Part shown: positions 63,687-64,000 of the stretch, piece after piece | Numbering within the stretch: the first letter of the stretch is position 1 | Layout: every line of letters begins with the position of its first letter | Assembly (NCBI GenBank): GCA_963710605.1 | Contig: CAVQBA010000004.1 | Location: 736,001 to 800,000 of the forward strand | DNA from: an uncultured cyanobacterium | GTDB taxonomy: Bacteria > Cyanobacteriota > Cyanobacteriia > Cyanobacteriales > Cyanobacteriaceae | DNA length: 64,000 bases | Direction of reading: 5' to 3' | Position numbers and translations under genes: made by a program | The notes under the pieces: model-generated | What the model was told of the DNA's origin: nothing | Database searches by the model: none | What the model saw: only the letters and a program-made list of their open reading frames with translations

Positions 63687-64000
63687 ACTTATTTAGATTT
63701 AATAATTGTTAGTGGGTTTTATATAACAGTATTTAGTTGAGAGTTATTATTAATTTTTCCAATTTCACACACAAATAACTTTCTCAAGACGTATCTATCA
63801 CCGACACATTCTTTGCTTCTATCTCCAAATTATCAACTATCAATTTATTTTGTACTGCCGTATATTAAATATTGAACCTTAAGAAACTGATATTTTCCTG
63901 AAAATTAGATTAGATATAGTTTAGCTAGATAATGAAGGGGTGTTGATGTTAGTAATAAGCAAGATACTCAGCACAATTAAGATGGATAGAAACTATGATT

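Overview
AT-rich cyanobacterial chromosome segment. Evidence: two psbA genes, psaM, psbY, pxcA, pipX-pipY and a very frequent CGATCG/HIP1 palindrome. A Cyanobacterium/Geminocystis-like unicell is my inference only. Most of the window is housekeeping (ccdA fragment, pfkA, cobT-like, cobI, aroA, menG, pdxH, hisD, smc, ispD, mnmE, aroQ, pyrF, rsfS, fbp, tilS, glgC), bracketed by two same-orientation psbA copies about 55 kb apart. The ORF track misses psaM, psbY, a 46-aa ORF, a 58-aa DUF6888-like ORF and relics of hicA and of a second bacterioferritin. Main points of interest: (1) a translationally coupled P-loop polynucleotide-kinase-like + Thg1-like 3'-5' polymerase pair behind a small toxin-antitoxin-like pair and tilS, a candidate tRNA damage/5'-end repair module; (2) an intact IS6-transposase-derived protein with its catalytic residues replaced and a C-terminal membrane helix, a candidate domesticated gene; (3) a dispersed two-hairpin repeat (9 copies) with compensatory base changes, found bare, as an inverted doublet, or inside TA-flanked MITE shells, and sitting at the break points of truncated hicA and bfr genes; (4) three single-base frameshifts within about 6 kb (cobI, aroA, one hypothetical gene), most likely sequencing errors. 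I saw no rRNA, tRNA or CRISPR array. All family assignments are by eye, with no database search.
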